Part shown: piece by piece, positions 25,633 to 40,847 of the stretch
Numbering within the stretch: the first letter of the stretch is position 1
Layout of the letters: each line of letters begins with the position of its first letter
The notes under the pieces: model-generated
The model's database searches: none
The model's input: only the letters and a program-made list of their open reading frames with translations
Told to the model about the DNA's origin: nothing
Program-made: the position numbers and the translations under genes
Origin: Eledone cirrhosa
Lineage: Eukaryota
DNA: 64,000 nt
Reading direction: 5' to 3'
Assembly: GCA_964016885.1 (NCBI GenBank)
Contig: OZ024742.1
Location: 45,074,001-45,138,000, forward strand

Positions 25633-26398
25633 CTGCCAGGCGTTGTGACTGGTAGATAGTAATGGAAAGACCAATGGAAACAAAAGTTTCCTTGGTCCGA
25701 TTTGACGAGATCCACGCTACTCGACAAGCGAATGAAGTTTAGGATCTTGTCGATTGATCAGAGCAAGAGAGTGAGGGCTTGCCTATGGCTAAACAACATT
25801 TACTGATATCACCACCATCATCATTTTACATTTGTTTTTCAATGCTAGCATGAGATGGATGAACCTTTTTGAAGTCCTTCTTAATGTCAACCCTTTTTTT
25901 ATAGTCCTTGTTTTTATTGTAAAAATACTCCTATCATCATTTTAACTATTGCCCACTTATTACAATACATCTGCTACTGTAAAGTCATCTGTTATTATAA
26001 GATTAAGAATTAAAAAAGTACTTAGTCATTTTCTTAACCTTTTAAGTATAGGAGCTGTCGATAAGTGATTTGTCAAAAGTAAGCCAAGACACACGAATCA
26101 TTGATTTGCAATCCTGATAAAAATTCTATTTCAAAATATAAAAGTTTAATTTTTAAAATATTAATTTTTAATGCTTTAACATAACTTGTGTAAAGAGACA
26201 TAATTTTGGCCAAAAATTACATTTTAGAAACAAATTTCTATTCAGTGCTCTATACTTTGTAATGTAATTTTGTATGTCTACATTCATGATATCAAAAACA
26301 ATATCTACACTTATTAATTATTAACTGACATTGATAAACATAGAAATGGCTTTTATAATCTTTATTTATTCATTTCATAATTCCCAATTCTATATTAG

Positions 26399-26559
26399 AA
26401 CGGAAGTTGCAGCCACAAGAATTCCCACACAATATTTATATTCAGAACTACAGTACAGCCACAGCAACGTGCATAGCACTAAGGAAATGGGTGTTCTCTT
26501 TAACACTTGAGATGCAGCTTAGTTATAGTGATTATGTGAGCAACTTGCTCTACTGGCAG
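26399..26559 (+). CDS. SNX27: SNX27-like exon, FERM F1/F2
   Basis: ttAG acceptor, GTAATA donor. (E)RKLQPQEFPHNIYIQNYSTATATCIALRKWVFSLTLEMQLSYSDYVSNLLYWQ, matching the SNX27 RKLxPxEFPHxxYIQNY motif. Confidence 0.93.
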
Positions 26560-27849
26560 GTAATATTAACTGTTTTACTTGTTTATTCTCTGTTTTCAAA
26601 AATCTCTTTTGTTCTCATTACAGGAGTTTTACTTTACTTCCTTCATTATCATCATCATCATTATATTTTTAAAATACTTTGTGTGTGTGTGTGTGTGCGC
26701 ATCAGTTTACTGCATGTATCTTCATATGGACAACATTTAAATCAGCTAGTGACATTTGTTTATGTTGTAGGGGATTGACAAAGATAAGCTGCATATACCC
26801 TACTTAAAAAAAACAGTAACGGTTGGCATCAATAAGGACATCTTGCTGTAGAAAAACTGCTTCCAAAAGTCTCGTCTAACTCATGTTAGCATTGAAAATT
26901 TAGACATAAAAATGCTAATGAGTTTGATAAAACAACTAACAGTCAAGTACAGTGTGTGGCCTTATTCTTATGTTAGAAATCAATGTTTTTGGTGTATATG
27001 TTTTCAATATTTCTGTGTCCATCTATTGCATTGTAAATCATTTGTGTAACTGCTTATATATCCTTCATTGTCACTCAGTGGCCTTCTCTGTATTGGTCTG
27101 ATTCTTCTTTTCTTTAACACAATAGATCATTTATTTGATCTTTACATAATGTGTGATGTTGTATCCAGCTCTACGTTTGGCCTACCCTCAAGCGTGTAAT
27201 GCATGTCAACATATACCCTAGAGTAAGTCATTAGCTGGAAACATGTATTGCAGTTCATAGCAGGCATCACACTGAGAGAGAAGCCCTTTGTTGTCAGCAG
27301 AGGTTTCAGCTCTCTAAACCTCTTATAGCCTGTTCTTACATTAGCTATTATGCTTTCAGAGCATACATATGTATATCATGCCACTCTTTCTATAGCTGGA
27401 TGCCATTCCTATCATCAATCATTTTAGAGTGTGTACTAGGTGTATTTATCATGTAAATCACCAACACAAGGGAGGCTGTTATTTCCTTGGCACAACCGAA
27501 GGGTCTTCTCAATTCTTTTTGTCACGGTTTCTACAGCAGGATGCCCCCAAACACCTTGTAGGGTGTACCAAATGCATTTTTTTATAATACCAGCACTAGA
27601 GAAGTTGTTGGTCATTGTCTTAACTGAAGAGTCCTCTGTGGGGATTAGCAAGAGGAGAAGAGAGACAGGTATGGCTGTACAGCAAGTGTAGTGTGATTTG
27701 ACAGGGTGGTGAGTGGGAAAGGGGTGACTTTTGATAGTACAAGGGAAGGGGGATATAGTGGTGGTGAAAATAGTTACATGAAGATAGTGGTTTGGGAGTA
27801 TGAATGTTGTGGTCTTATATATATATGTGTGTGTGTGTGTATATGTATA

Positions 27850-27917
27850 TAACTTTGATAACTTTTGGCCAGTATTGGCCCAGGCCATGTGTGTATATAT
27901 ATATATATATATATACA

Positions 27918-27953
<36 letters not shown>

Positions 27954-28000
27954 CACACACACACATGGCCTGGGCCAATACTGGTCAAAAGCTATCAAAG

Positions 28001-28002
<2 letters not shown>
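27850..28002. repeat. Inverted pair of ~40-bp CR1-like 3' termini around a TA/TG microsatellite
   Basis: aactttgataacttttggccagtattggcccaggccatg (27850-27888) and its near reverse complement (27964-28002) match the 3' end of the LINEs at 30344 and 35512. Confidence 0.85.
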
Positions 28003-28040
<38 letters not shown>

Positions 28041-28078
28041 ATATGTGTGTGTGTGTGTGTGCATATGTGTATATATAT

Positions 28079-28735
28079 CACGATAAATCGTGTCTATAGT
28101 CTACCTTCATAGTTATAGATTCCATACACTGGTGGTTTTTTCCCTGTTTTATTGATAGCGCACTGTATCTCTCTCTAGTGTGTTACCTTTTCAACATATT
28201 GTATTTTAAAGAGCTCAGGATTTCCTCTCCTTTGAGCACATTATTGACAGGGAATAGCGAGAGTCTATGGCTCTGTTAATTTATCGTGATATTTCGCTCC
28301 TTATAACAGTCTTTCCTCTCTCTCTGTTTGGTTGAGCACACTTCTCTGAGTGGTTTTGGGCTGCCCTTTCTAGCAATCGTCCCTCAGAGGCCACTGGTTC
28401 ACTGCCCTTAAACATGCTGTGACTTCTCTCTCCCATATGTAGCTGGACAGTCTCTTTTTAAATTCTCTTAGTGTTGTCTGAAATGTATAGCCTTACACAC
28501 GCTGAAGAACCGGGGTTATTCAATTTCTGTCAACAACTTACTGGCGAAACAGATCTATTTGGATTTGTACGTGTGTTATATAGTTATAGAGGTATTTATT
28601 TACGCTTAATTTATATTTTTAATTATCGTGTCTATAGTTTGCCTTTCATAGGTTATAGATTCCATACACCGGTGGTTTTTCCCTGTTTTATTGATAGCGC
28701 ACGGTATCTCTCTCTAGTGTGTTACCTTTACCTTT
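28079..28735 (+). mobile_element. Non-coding hammerhead-bearing element with ~103-bp terminal direct repeats (retrozyme / PLE pLTR-like)
   Basis: Direct repeats 28087-28190 and 28625-28729, internal hammerhead, flanked by TA/TG arrays. Confidence 0.7.
28495..28576 (+). ncRNA. Type I hammerhead ribozyme motif
   Basis: acacacg-CTGAAGA-accgg...ctggc-GAAA-cagatcta-tt-tggatttg-TA-cgtgtgt. Stem I is 7 bp, stem III is 8 bp including G-U pairs, GUA cleavage triplet. The 10.1-11.1 pair is an A-C mismatch. Confidence 0.8.
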
Positions 28736-28840
28736 ATCTGTATATATATATGTGTGTGTGTCCATATATATATGTGTATATATATATATATGTGTGTGTG
28801 TATATATGTGTGTGTGTGTATATATGTGTGTATATATATT

Positions 28841-29250
28841 ATCATCATCATCACCGTTTTACGTCCGTTCTTCCACGCTAGCATGGGTTAGACAGGTTGT
28901 CCTGTTATGGGCAGTGTCCGATTGGCTGACCTTGTCTTGCTCATACGGGAACAGCTGGATGCCCTTCCTAACACCAACCTCATTTACAGTGAGTGCTGGG
29001 TGCCTTTTTTCCGTGGCGCCTACACGTCCACTTTTACAGTGTGGGCTGGGTGCTTTTTTTGCCCTCGCACCTCCAAGACCACTTTGCAGTGGAATGTAGG
29101 GACCCCAGTCCCTATCATCTCATTTCTACAGCTGAGTAAATTGGAGCAATGTGAAATAAAGTGTCTTGCTCAAGGAAACAACACATCACCCAGTCCAAGA
29201 ATTGAACTCACAACCTTTCAATTGCAATGCTCTAACCACTAAGCCATGTG

Positions 29251-29252
<2 letters not shown>
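28841..29252 (-). mobile_element. tRNA-derived SINE with RTE-B 3' tail
   Basis: Head as at 4801; tail matches the 3'UTR at 40848-41110; (GAT)n end. Confidence 0.85.
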
Positions 29253-30343
<1,091 letters not shown>

Positions 30344-31781
30344 TAACTTTGAATAACTTTGAAATGTTTTGGCCAGTATTGGCCCAGGCCATGTCTAACT
30401 TAATAGCACCACCTGGCGAAGGCTTTCAATTCAGGATTTGGGCACCATGGCCCATTCGAGAAGAGAATTACTGTTTGCGGAGACATATCCGGGTGTGGGT
30501 GGTTTGTCTGGGATTACTTGGAGGAATTTGTCCAAAGACTTCTTGAATTTTGTGTGGTCAGTTTCTGTTTTGACGTGTCCTGGTGTGATGTTGAAGAGAG
30601 CAGGGCCGATTGAGGTGAAATAATTGTGCCGTATTGTTGTTATGAGTTGCGATTTAGATTTTTGAATGGGACGGATAGCACGGGGCCCAAGCCTTGGGTG
30701 TATCTTGAAGGCGATGCCAACATCATTTGGGCAGTGATGATGGAACATTTTCCACATCATGCAGATAATATAACGCTCACGGCGACGTTGGAGTGAGTAA
30801 AGTTTCAGGTTTTCCAATCGACCCCAGTAGTCAAGGTCTGACATGCCATCTATCTTTTTCGTGATTGCCCTTTGAGGAGCTTCAAGTTTCATGATACTTT
30901 GTTTCGTGTGGGGAGACCACAGTGGACAACAGTATTCAAGGTGTGGTCGGGCGAAAGTAGAGAAGAGAAGGATAATGGTGCGGGAATCTCTCGACTGGAA
31001 GGTTCTGAGGATCCAGGAACACATTCTGCGGGCCATGTCAACTTTGCTGCTTATATGCGTGGTCCAGCTTATGTTGCTGTCCACGGTTACTCCCAAGTCT
31101 CTGATGTTGTTAGATGCCACGAGAGTTTCCCCGGAGGGAAGGGAGTACGGGAGTTTCAGAGCATCCTCTTTTCCAAAGTGGATCAGTTCGAATTTGTCTT
31201 CGTTCAGTAACATGTTGTTCTTTTCTGCCCATTGGGTAACAGCCAGTAGGTCTGACTGAAGGCTTATCCGGTCATCCACGCCATTGATGACCTTTTGGAG
31301 CTTGGAATCATCAGCGAAAATTTTAATGTTGCTGTGTTTGATGATGTCAGTGATGTCATTAATATAGATGATGAAGAGAAGTGGGCCCAACACAGTGCCT
31401 TGTGGGACTCCACTACTGACTTTGGCTGGGCTTGATTTGACTCCCTCAACTACAACATGTTGGGTTCTGTTTGACAGGAAGCTCTTGATCCACTGCAGCA
31501 GCTTTCCAGTGACACCAATATTGGACAGCTTTCTCAGTAGAATGTTATGATCAACCCTGTCAAAGGCCTTGCTGAAATCAAGGTAGATAACATCAGTGTT
31601 GGAACCCTCTCCCAAGGCTCTCAAAATGTCATCAAAGTGATGCAGTAGTTGCGTCAGGCAATCCCTTCCATTACGGAATCCATGCTGGTTGGAGTTCAGC
31701 ATATTGTTACTCTCAAGGAAGTGGGTCATTCGCGATCTCACCACTCGCTCAAATACCTTAATGATATGAGAGGTGAGTGAG
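30344..31781 (-). mobile_element. CR1-group LINE, 5'-truncated, open RT ORF
   Basis: [62 protein letters not shown]. 3' end ...ttcaaagttattcaaagtta runs into (TA)n. Confidence 0.93.
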
Positions 31782-31790
31782 TATATATAC

Positions 31791-31869
<79 letters not shown>

Positions 31870-31932
31870 CATATATATATATGTGTATATGTATGTGTAT
31901 ATATATATATATATGTATGTATATGTATATAT

Positions 31933-32278
31933 ATCATTTCATCATTTCATTTCATTTTACATCCGCTTTTTCCCTGCTTGCAAGGGTGGGATGGGAACTG
32001 ATGCTGGCTTGATTTCTACAGCTGGATGCCCTTCCTAACACCAACCTCATTTACAGTGAGTGCTGGGTGCTTTTTTGCCGTGGCACCTCCACGACCACTT
32101 TACAGTGGAATGATAGGGACACCAGTCCCTATCATCTCATTTCTACAGCTGAGTAAACTGGAGCAATGTGAAATAAAGTGCCTTGCTCAAGGAAACAACA
32201 CATCACCCGGTCTGAGAATTGAACTCACAACCTTTCGATTGCAAGGCCAATGCTCTAACCACTAAGCCATGTGCCTCC
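31933..32278 (-). mobile_element. tRNA-derived SINE, same family as 4455-4801
   Basis: Near-identical to 4455-4801; flanked by TA arrays. Confidence 0.88.
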
Positions 32279-32469
32279 ATATATGTATATATATATATAT
32301 ATATATGTGTATATGTATGTGTATATGTATATATATGTGTATATATGTGTATATATGTGTATATGTATGTGTATATGTATATATATATGTATATATATGT
32401 ATATATATATATATATATATGTGTATATGTATGTGTATATGTATATATATATGTATATATGTATGTATA

Positions 32470-32512
<43 letters not shown>

Positions 32513-32516
<4 letters not shown>

Positions 32517-32713
32517 GGCCGTGTAGGCAACACGGTAAAAACCTCCCAGCCCCACACTGTAAATGTGGTTGGTGTTAGGAAGGGCATCCAACTGTAGAAA
32601 ACCCGCCAGACAGTCCTATGCGAGCAAGACAACCACTCTTGCCTCAAGTGGGAAAACCCCCGTCCAAACCCATGCAAGCGTGGAACACGGACGCTAAACC
32701 TGATGATGATGAT
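32513..32713 (+). mobile_element. RTE-A 3' terminal fragment
   Basis: Matches about 24176-24379; TA arrays on both sides. Confidence 0.88.
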
Positions 32714-32759
32714 ATATGTATATATATGTATATATATGTATATATATATGTATATTTAT

Positions 32760-33367
32760 GTCAGGTCACCAGTTGGTGCTACTGGTAACATGTATCCCAG
32801 TACAACCTGTCTCATGGTCGGGTCGTTGGCGACTAAACTGGCAACCCCACCAAGGTTTCTTGGTGAGGAGGGTGACTTTGGACATCCTGCAGGACTAAAA
32901 ACAAAACCTGTCAAAGGGCAAAGGAGCTCTTAAGAGTCAATGGCCATCCAAAATCACCGGGAGAGATGATCAATTAGCCTTTGTCAAGGCAGAATTCTAG
33001 GAGAAGGAAAACTCTGATATAACACCTGCAACCCTGATGGTATCCAATGATGTTGACTTGTTCTTCTTTTTGGTAAATATCATCTTGGTTAAGAGAGTGG
33101 GACTGGCTTTGTGCAGTGCCTTTGCTCACTATAAAAGCTTCACAGCACAGGCATTGCTTTATATCTGGAGATCTCTCTGCACTTGTCATCACATGGTACC
33201 ATGGGCCCAGCACTATGTGTCAATAATTGTCACAAGTGTAGTCTTTGTACCAGAGTTTTCAAGTCGCTGGCTGGACTAAAAAGTCACATTCGTTCAGCGC
33301 ATTGGTAGGGGTTCTCCTACATGGATATAAAGTAGTGGCCGTACTCGAAAACGAGTTGGCAGCCACC
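32760..33367 (+). mobile_element. Rearranged derivative of a different RTE-type family (5'UTR-like part, inverted endonuclease-like fragment, 3' end)
   Basis: 3' part encodes CTRVFKSLAGLKSHIRSAHW* (C2H2-like) and ends gccacc(AT)n. The middle reads as a decayed APE-like fragment on the minus strand. Confidence 0.55.
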
Positions 33368-33378
33368 ATATATATATG

Positions 33379-33413
<35 letters not shown>

Positions 33414-33510
33414 GTATATGTATATATATATGTATATATATATGTATATGTATATGTAGATAAATCTACCAAAAGTTTACGGTAGTGTCCAATCCGTATG
33501 AATGACTCTG

Positions 33511-33560
33511 TATATATATATGTATATATATATGTATATATGTATATATATATATATGTA

Positions 33561-33635
<75 letters not shown>

Positions 33636-33684
33636 ATATATATATATATGTATATATGTATATATATATATATATGTATATATG

Positions 33685-33717
<33 letters not shown>

Positions 33718-33726
33718 GTATATATG

Positions 33727-33821
<95 letters not shown>

Positions 33822-34512
33822 GTATATATATATGTATATATATATGTATATATATATGTATATATATATGTATATATATATGTATATATATATGTATATA
33901 TATATGTATATATATATGTATATATATATGTATATATATATGTATATATATATGTATATATATATGTATATATATATGTATATATATATGTATATATATA
34001 TGTATATATATATGTATATATGTATATATATATATGTATATATATATGTATATATATATGTATATATATATGTATATATATATGTATATATATATGTATA
34101 TATATATGTATATATATATGTATATATATATATATATATATGTATGTATATATATATATATGTATGTATATATATATATATGTATGTATGTATATATATA
34201 TATGTATGTATATATATATATATGTATGTATATATATATATATGTATGTATATATATATATATGTATGTATGTATATATATATATGTATGTATATATATA
34301 TATATGTATGTATATATATATATATGTATGTATATATATATATATGTATGTATATATATATATATGTATGTATGTATATATATATATGTATATGTATATA
34401 TATATATGTATATGTATATATATATATGTATATGTATATATATATATGTATATGTATATATATATATGTATATGTATATATGTATATGTATATATATATG
34501 TATATATATATG

Positions 34513-34543
<31 letters not shown>

Positions 34544-34773
34544 ATATGTATATGTATATATATGTATATGTATATATATGTATATATATGTATATGTATA
34601 TATGTATATGTATATATATGTATATATATGTATATGTATATATATATATGTATATGTATATGTATATATATATATGTATATGTATATATGTATATGTATA
34701 TATATATATGTATATATATATATGTATATATATATATGTATATATATATATGTATATGTATATATGTATATGT

Positions 34774-34841
<68 letters not shown>

Positions 34842-34842
34842 G

Positions 34843-34889
<47 letters not shown>

Positions 34890-34893
34890 GTAT
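33511..34893. repeat. TG-interrupted (TA)n array, ~1.4 kb, with (TATATATATG)n runs
   Basis: Directly visible. Confidence 0.97.
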
Positions 34894-35304
34894 CAGAGAA
34901 GACCCGCCTTACCTAAATATATAGTAAAACCTACTCCAGCCAGTAGGCATCTCTAACAAAATACACCCCGTCCCACCACCCCCACCCCATCCACACCACC
35001 CCGTTCTATGTAAAGTTATGTTGGTGCCGCGCCATCCAGGCCGAAACAAATGAGATCGTGTAGGTGTCACGACAAAAAAAAAAACACACAGTCCACGCTG
35101 TAATGTGGCCGTGTAGGCAACACGGTAAAAACCTCCCAGACCCACACTGTAAATGTGGTTGGTGTTAGGAAGGGCATCCAACTGTAGAAAACCTGCCAGA
35201 CAGTCCTATGCGAGCAAGACAATCACTCTTGCCTCAAGTGGGACTACCCCCGTCCAAACCCATGCAAGCGTGGAACACGGATGTTAAACGTTGATGATGA
35301 TGAT
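34894..35304 (+). mobile_element. RTE-A 3' fragment (last codons plus 3'UTR)
   Basis: EKTRLT* followed by the 3'UTR and (GAT)n. Confidence 0.92.
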
Positions 35305-35343
35305 ATATATATATGTATATATATATATGTATATATATATATG

Positions 35344-35490
<147 letters not shown>

Positions 35491-35511
35491 GTATATATAT
35501 ATGTATATATA

Positions 35512-37101
35512 TAACTTTGAATAACTTTGAAATGTTTTGGCCAGTATTGGCCCAGGCCATGTCTAACTTAATAGCACCACCTGGCGAAGTCTTTCAATTC
35601 AGGATTTGGGCACCATGGCCCATTCGAGAAGAGAATTACTGTTTGCGGAGACATATCCGGGATTACTTGGAGGAATTTGTCCAAAGACTTCTTGAATTTT
35701 GTGTGGTCAGTTTCTGTTTTGACGTGTCCTGGTGTGATGTTGAAGAGAGCAGGGCCGATTGAGGTGAAATAATTGTGCCGTATTGTTGTTATGAGTTGCG
35801 ATTTAGATTTTTGAATGGGACGGATAGCACGGGGCCCAAGCCTTGGGTGTATCTTGAAGGCGATGCCAACATCATTTGGGCAGTGATGATGGAACATTTT
35901 CCACATCATGCAGATAATATAACGCTCACGGCGACGTTGGAGTGAGTAAAGTTTCAGGTTTTCTAATCGACCCCAGTAGTCAAGGTCTGACATGCCATCT
36001 ATCTTTTTCGTGATTGCCCTTTGAGGAGCTTCAAGTTTCATGATACTTTGTTTCGTGTGGGGAGACCACAGTGGACAACAGTATTCAAGGTGTGGTCGGG
36101 CAAAAGTAGAGAAGAGAAGGATAATGGTGCGGGAATCTCTCGACTGGAAGGTTCTGAGGATCCAGGAACACATTCTGCGGGCCATGTCAACTTTGCTGCT
36201 TATATGCGTGGTCCAGCTTATGTTGCTGTCCACGGTTACTCCCAAGTCTCTGATGTTGTTAGATGCCACGAGAGTTTCCCCGGAGGGAAGGGAGTACGGG
36301 AGTTTCAGAGCATCCTCTTTTCCAAAGTGGATCAGTTCGAATTTGTCTTCGTTCAGTAACATGTTGTTCTTTTCTGCCCATCGGGTAACAGCCAGTAGGT
36401 CTGACTGAAGGCTTATCCGGTCATCCACGCCATTGATGACCTTTTGGAGCTTGGAATCATCAGCGAAAATTTTAATGTTGCTGTGTTTGATGATGTCAGT
36501 GATGTCATTAATATAGATGATGAAGAGAAGTGGGCCCAACACGGTGCCTTGTGGGACCCCACTACTGACTTTGGCTGGGCTTGATTTGACTCCCTCAACT
36601 ACAACATGTTGGGTTCTGTTTGACAGGAAGCTCTTGATCCACTGCAGCAGCTTTCCAGTGACACCAATATTGGACAGCTTTCTCAGTAGAATGTTATGAT
36701 CAACCCTGTCAAAGGCCTTGCTGAAATCAAGGTAGATAACATCAGTGTTGGAACCCTCTCCCAAGGCTCTCAAAATGTCATCAAAGTGATGCAGTAGCTG
36801 CGTCAGGCAATCCCTTCCATTACGGAATCCATGCTGGTTGGAGTTCAGCATATTGTTACTCTCAAGGAAGTTGGCCATTCGCGATCTCACCACTCTCTCA
36901 AATACCTTAATGATATGAGAGGTGAGTGAGATTGGACGGTAATTCACGGCAAGGGATTTGTTTCCCTTTTTGAAAACTGGGACAACAGACTGGGATAGAA
37001 GGTTTTCTGGCACATATCCAGCATCCAGTGAGTTCCGCCACAGATTGGCAAGAGGAGATGCAAGTTGGTGTTGACACGCCTTCAAGACACAAGCAGGGAA
37101 C
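35512..37101 (-). mobile_element. CR1-group LINE, 5'-truncated, second copy
   Basis: Near-identical to 30344-31781 but ~190 bp longer at the 5' end, with a 19-bp deletion between GGG microhomologies near 35660. Confidence 0.93.
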
Positions 37102-37300
37102 ATATATATATATGTATATATATGTATATATATGTATATATATATGTATATATATGTATATATGTATATATATATGTATATATATGTATATATATATGTA
37201 TATATATGTATATATATATGTATATATATGTATATATATATGTATATATATGTATATATATGTATATATATATGTATATATATGTATATATATATGTATA

Positions 37301-39714
37301 TCATCATCATCATCATCATCATCAGCGTTTAACGTCCGTGTTCCACGCTTGCATGGGTTTGGACGGGGGTAGTCCCACTTGAGGCAAGAGTGATTGTCTT
37401 GCTCGCATAGGACTGTCTGGCAGGTTTTCTACAGTTGGATGCCCTTCCTAACACCAACCACATTTACAGTGTGGGTCTGGGAGGTTTTTACCGTGTTGCC
37501 TACACGGCCACATTACAGCGTGGACTGTGTGTTTTTTTGTCGTGACACCTACACGATCTCATTTGTTTCGGCCTCGATGGCGCGGCACCAACATAACTTT
37601 ACATAGAACGGGGTGGTGTGGATCGGGTGGGGGTGGTGGGACGGGGTGTATTTGTTAGAGATGCCTACTGGCTGGAGTAGGTTTTACTATATATTTAGGT
37701 AAGGCGGGTCTTCTCTGTTACTGAGTACCGCCAAAGGTCTCGGTCCAGTGACATTGTCTTGGAGAGGTGTAAGTGTGTGATGTCGGAGTTTATCAGCTCG
37801 TCCCAGGTTTTTCTAGGTCTGCCTATTCCGTGACTACCGTCTATCTTTATTGCCCTGCACTTTGTTATACAGCTATCGACTTTCATGCGCATCACGTGTC
37901 CATACCAACGTAGCCTTCTCTCGAGTAAACAACATCTGATCCCTCTTATCTCTAATTTATTCCTTAGTTCGTTTATGCTTTGCCGTTCACGTATATTACT
38001 GTTACACATCCAGCGGAGCATGCAAGCTTCGTTCCTCTCTAGTCTGCGTATATCCTCTGCACACAATGCCCAGGTCTCACTGCCATGCAGCATTGCTGTT
38101 CGTATGCAGGCATCGTACAACCTGCCTTTCATTTTTAGTGAGAACCCTTTAGCAGCTAATAGTGGTATAAGCTCTCTGAACTTTTTCCAACCAGTTCTGA
38201 CTCTAGCTACAGTACTTTCAGAGCACCCTCCCCCACTGCTGATTTTATCGCCCAGGTAACGGAAGCTGTCCACTATTTCTATAGAACCCTCTGCGCAATT
38301 GAAAGAGCTAGTAGTTTGTGGGCACTTGCTGCTACTTATTGCACCAGAGCACCGGCCACATGTAAAATCTATGTTCTTAGTTAGCCTACCTGTGATCCCA
38401 CTACATCTTTTATGCACCCATACTTTGCATTTAGGACATAAAATGGAGTTTCTACCTACGCCTTTCCTACACACCGAGCACGACCATTTCCCAGAAGGGA
38501 CCGCCGCCTTGTTTTCTTTCCTACAAACTAGTACTTTGGTCTTAGCCAGGTTAATTTTAAGTCCTTTTGACTCTAGGCCGTGCTTCCATGTTTGGAATTT
38601 CTTCTCTAGCTCGGCCATTGATTCCGCTATGAGTGTCAGGTCGTCTGCGTATAGGAGTTCCCATGGGCAGCCTGTCTTGAACTCCTCTGTTATGGCCTGA
38701 AGGGCAATAATAAATAGTAGTGGACTGAGAACAGAGCCCTGATGGACGCCGACTTTTACGCTAAACTCTTCACTATATTCGTTGTTAATTCTAACCATGC
38801 TGACTGTTTCTTTATACATGGCTTGTATAGCCCTCACAAGCCATTCGTCAACGCCTAGTTTTCTAAGAGCCCACCAGATAATGGAGCGGGGGACTCTGTC
38901 GAAGGCTTTCTCCAAGTCGACAAAAGCTAAGTAGAGGGGTTTACCTTTAGCTAGGTACTTCTCTTGTAGTTGTCGTACTATGAAAAGAGCGTCTGTGGTA
39001 CTTTTGCCTGACACAAACCCGAACTGCATTTCATCTAGGTCAATTCTCTCTCTGATTAGTTGCGCTATTACTCTTTCCGTGACCTTCATGACCTGGTCGA
39101 TTAATTTAATGCCTCTATAGTTACTCCTATCTAGGGCGTCTCCTTTACCCTTATAACAGTTAACGATGATGCTGCTATGCCAGTCCTTCGGAACAACCCC
39201 GTTTTGTACGACTTGGTTAACTATGCGGGTGACCATGGTGTGTCCCACCGTGCCAGATGCCTTCAGCATCTCAGCAACTATTTCCGAAGGCCCAGCCGCC
39301 TTACCAGTCTTCATATCCTTGATTGCCTTACTTATTATACTCCCCTCGACTAACACTGCTGGTCCCTCTATTGGGTCGATATGGGGGAGACTGCCTTTCT
39401 CCCAATTATTCTCCTCATTTAGAAGCCTTTCATAGTGACACTTCCAAGCTACCTTCTTATCAGCGTCGGTGATGGCAAGTGTGCCATCGTCGTTTAGTAC
39501 ACACTTCTCCCCGACAATATCACGGTTTTCTTTGACGCATTGCCTAGCAATCCTGAACACCTCACGTTTTTGGTCATCGCGTTGTAGAACATGCTTGAAC
39601 TTTCTTTCCTCAGCTTCCCTTCTTGCTAAGTACACTTGTCTCCTAGCTTCCCTCCTGGCCACTTGATAGTCCTCTCTACTTCCCCCATCCCGCCATACTT
39701 TCCAAGCCTGCTTT
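37301..39714 (-). mobile_element. RTE-A LINE, 5'-truncated, open RT ORF
   Basis: 655-aa ORF at 37695-39662; (GAT)n tail; both ends abut TA arrays. Confidence 0.96.
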
Positions 39715-40847
<1,133 letters not shown>

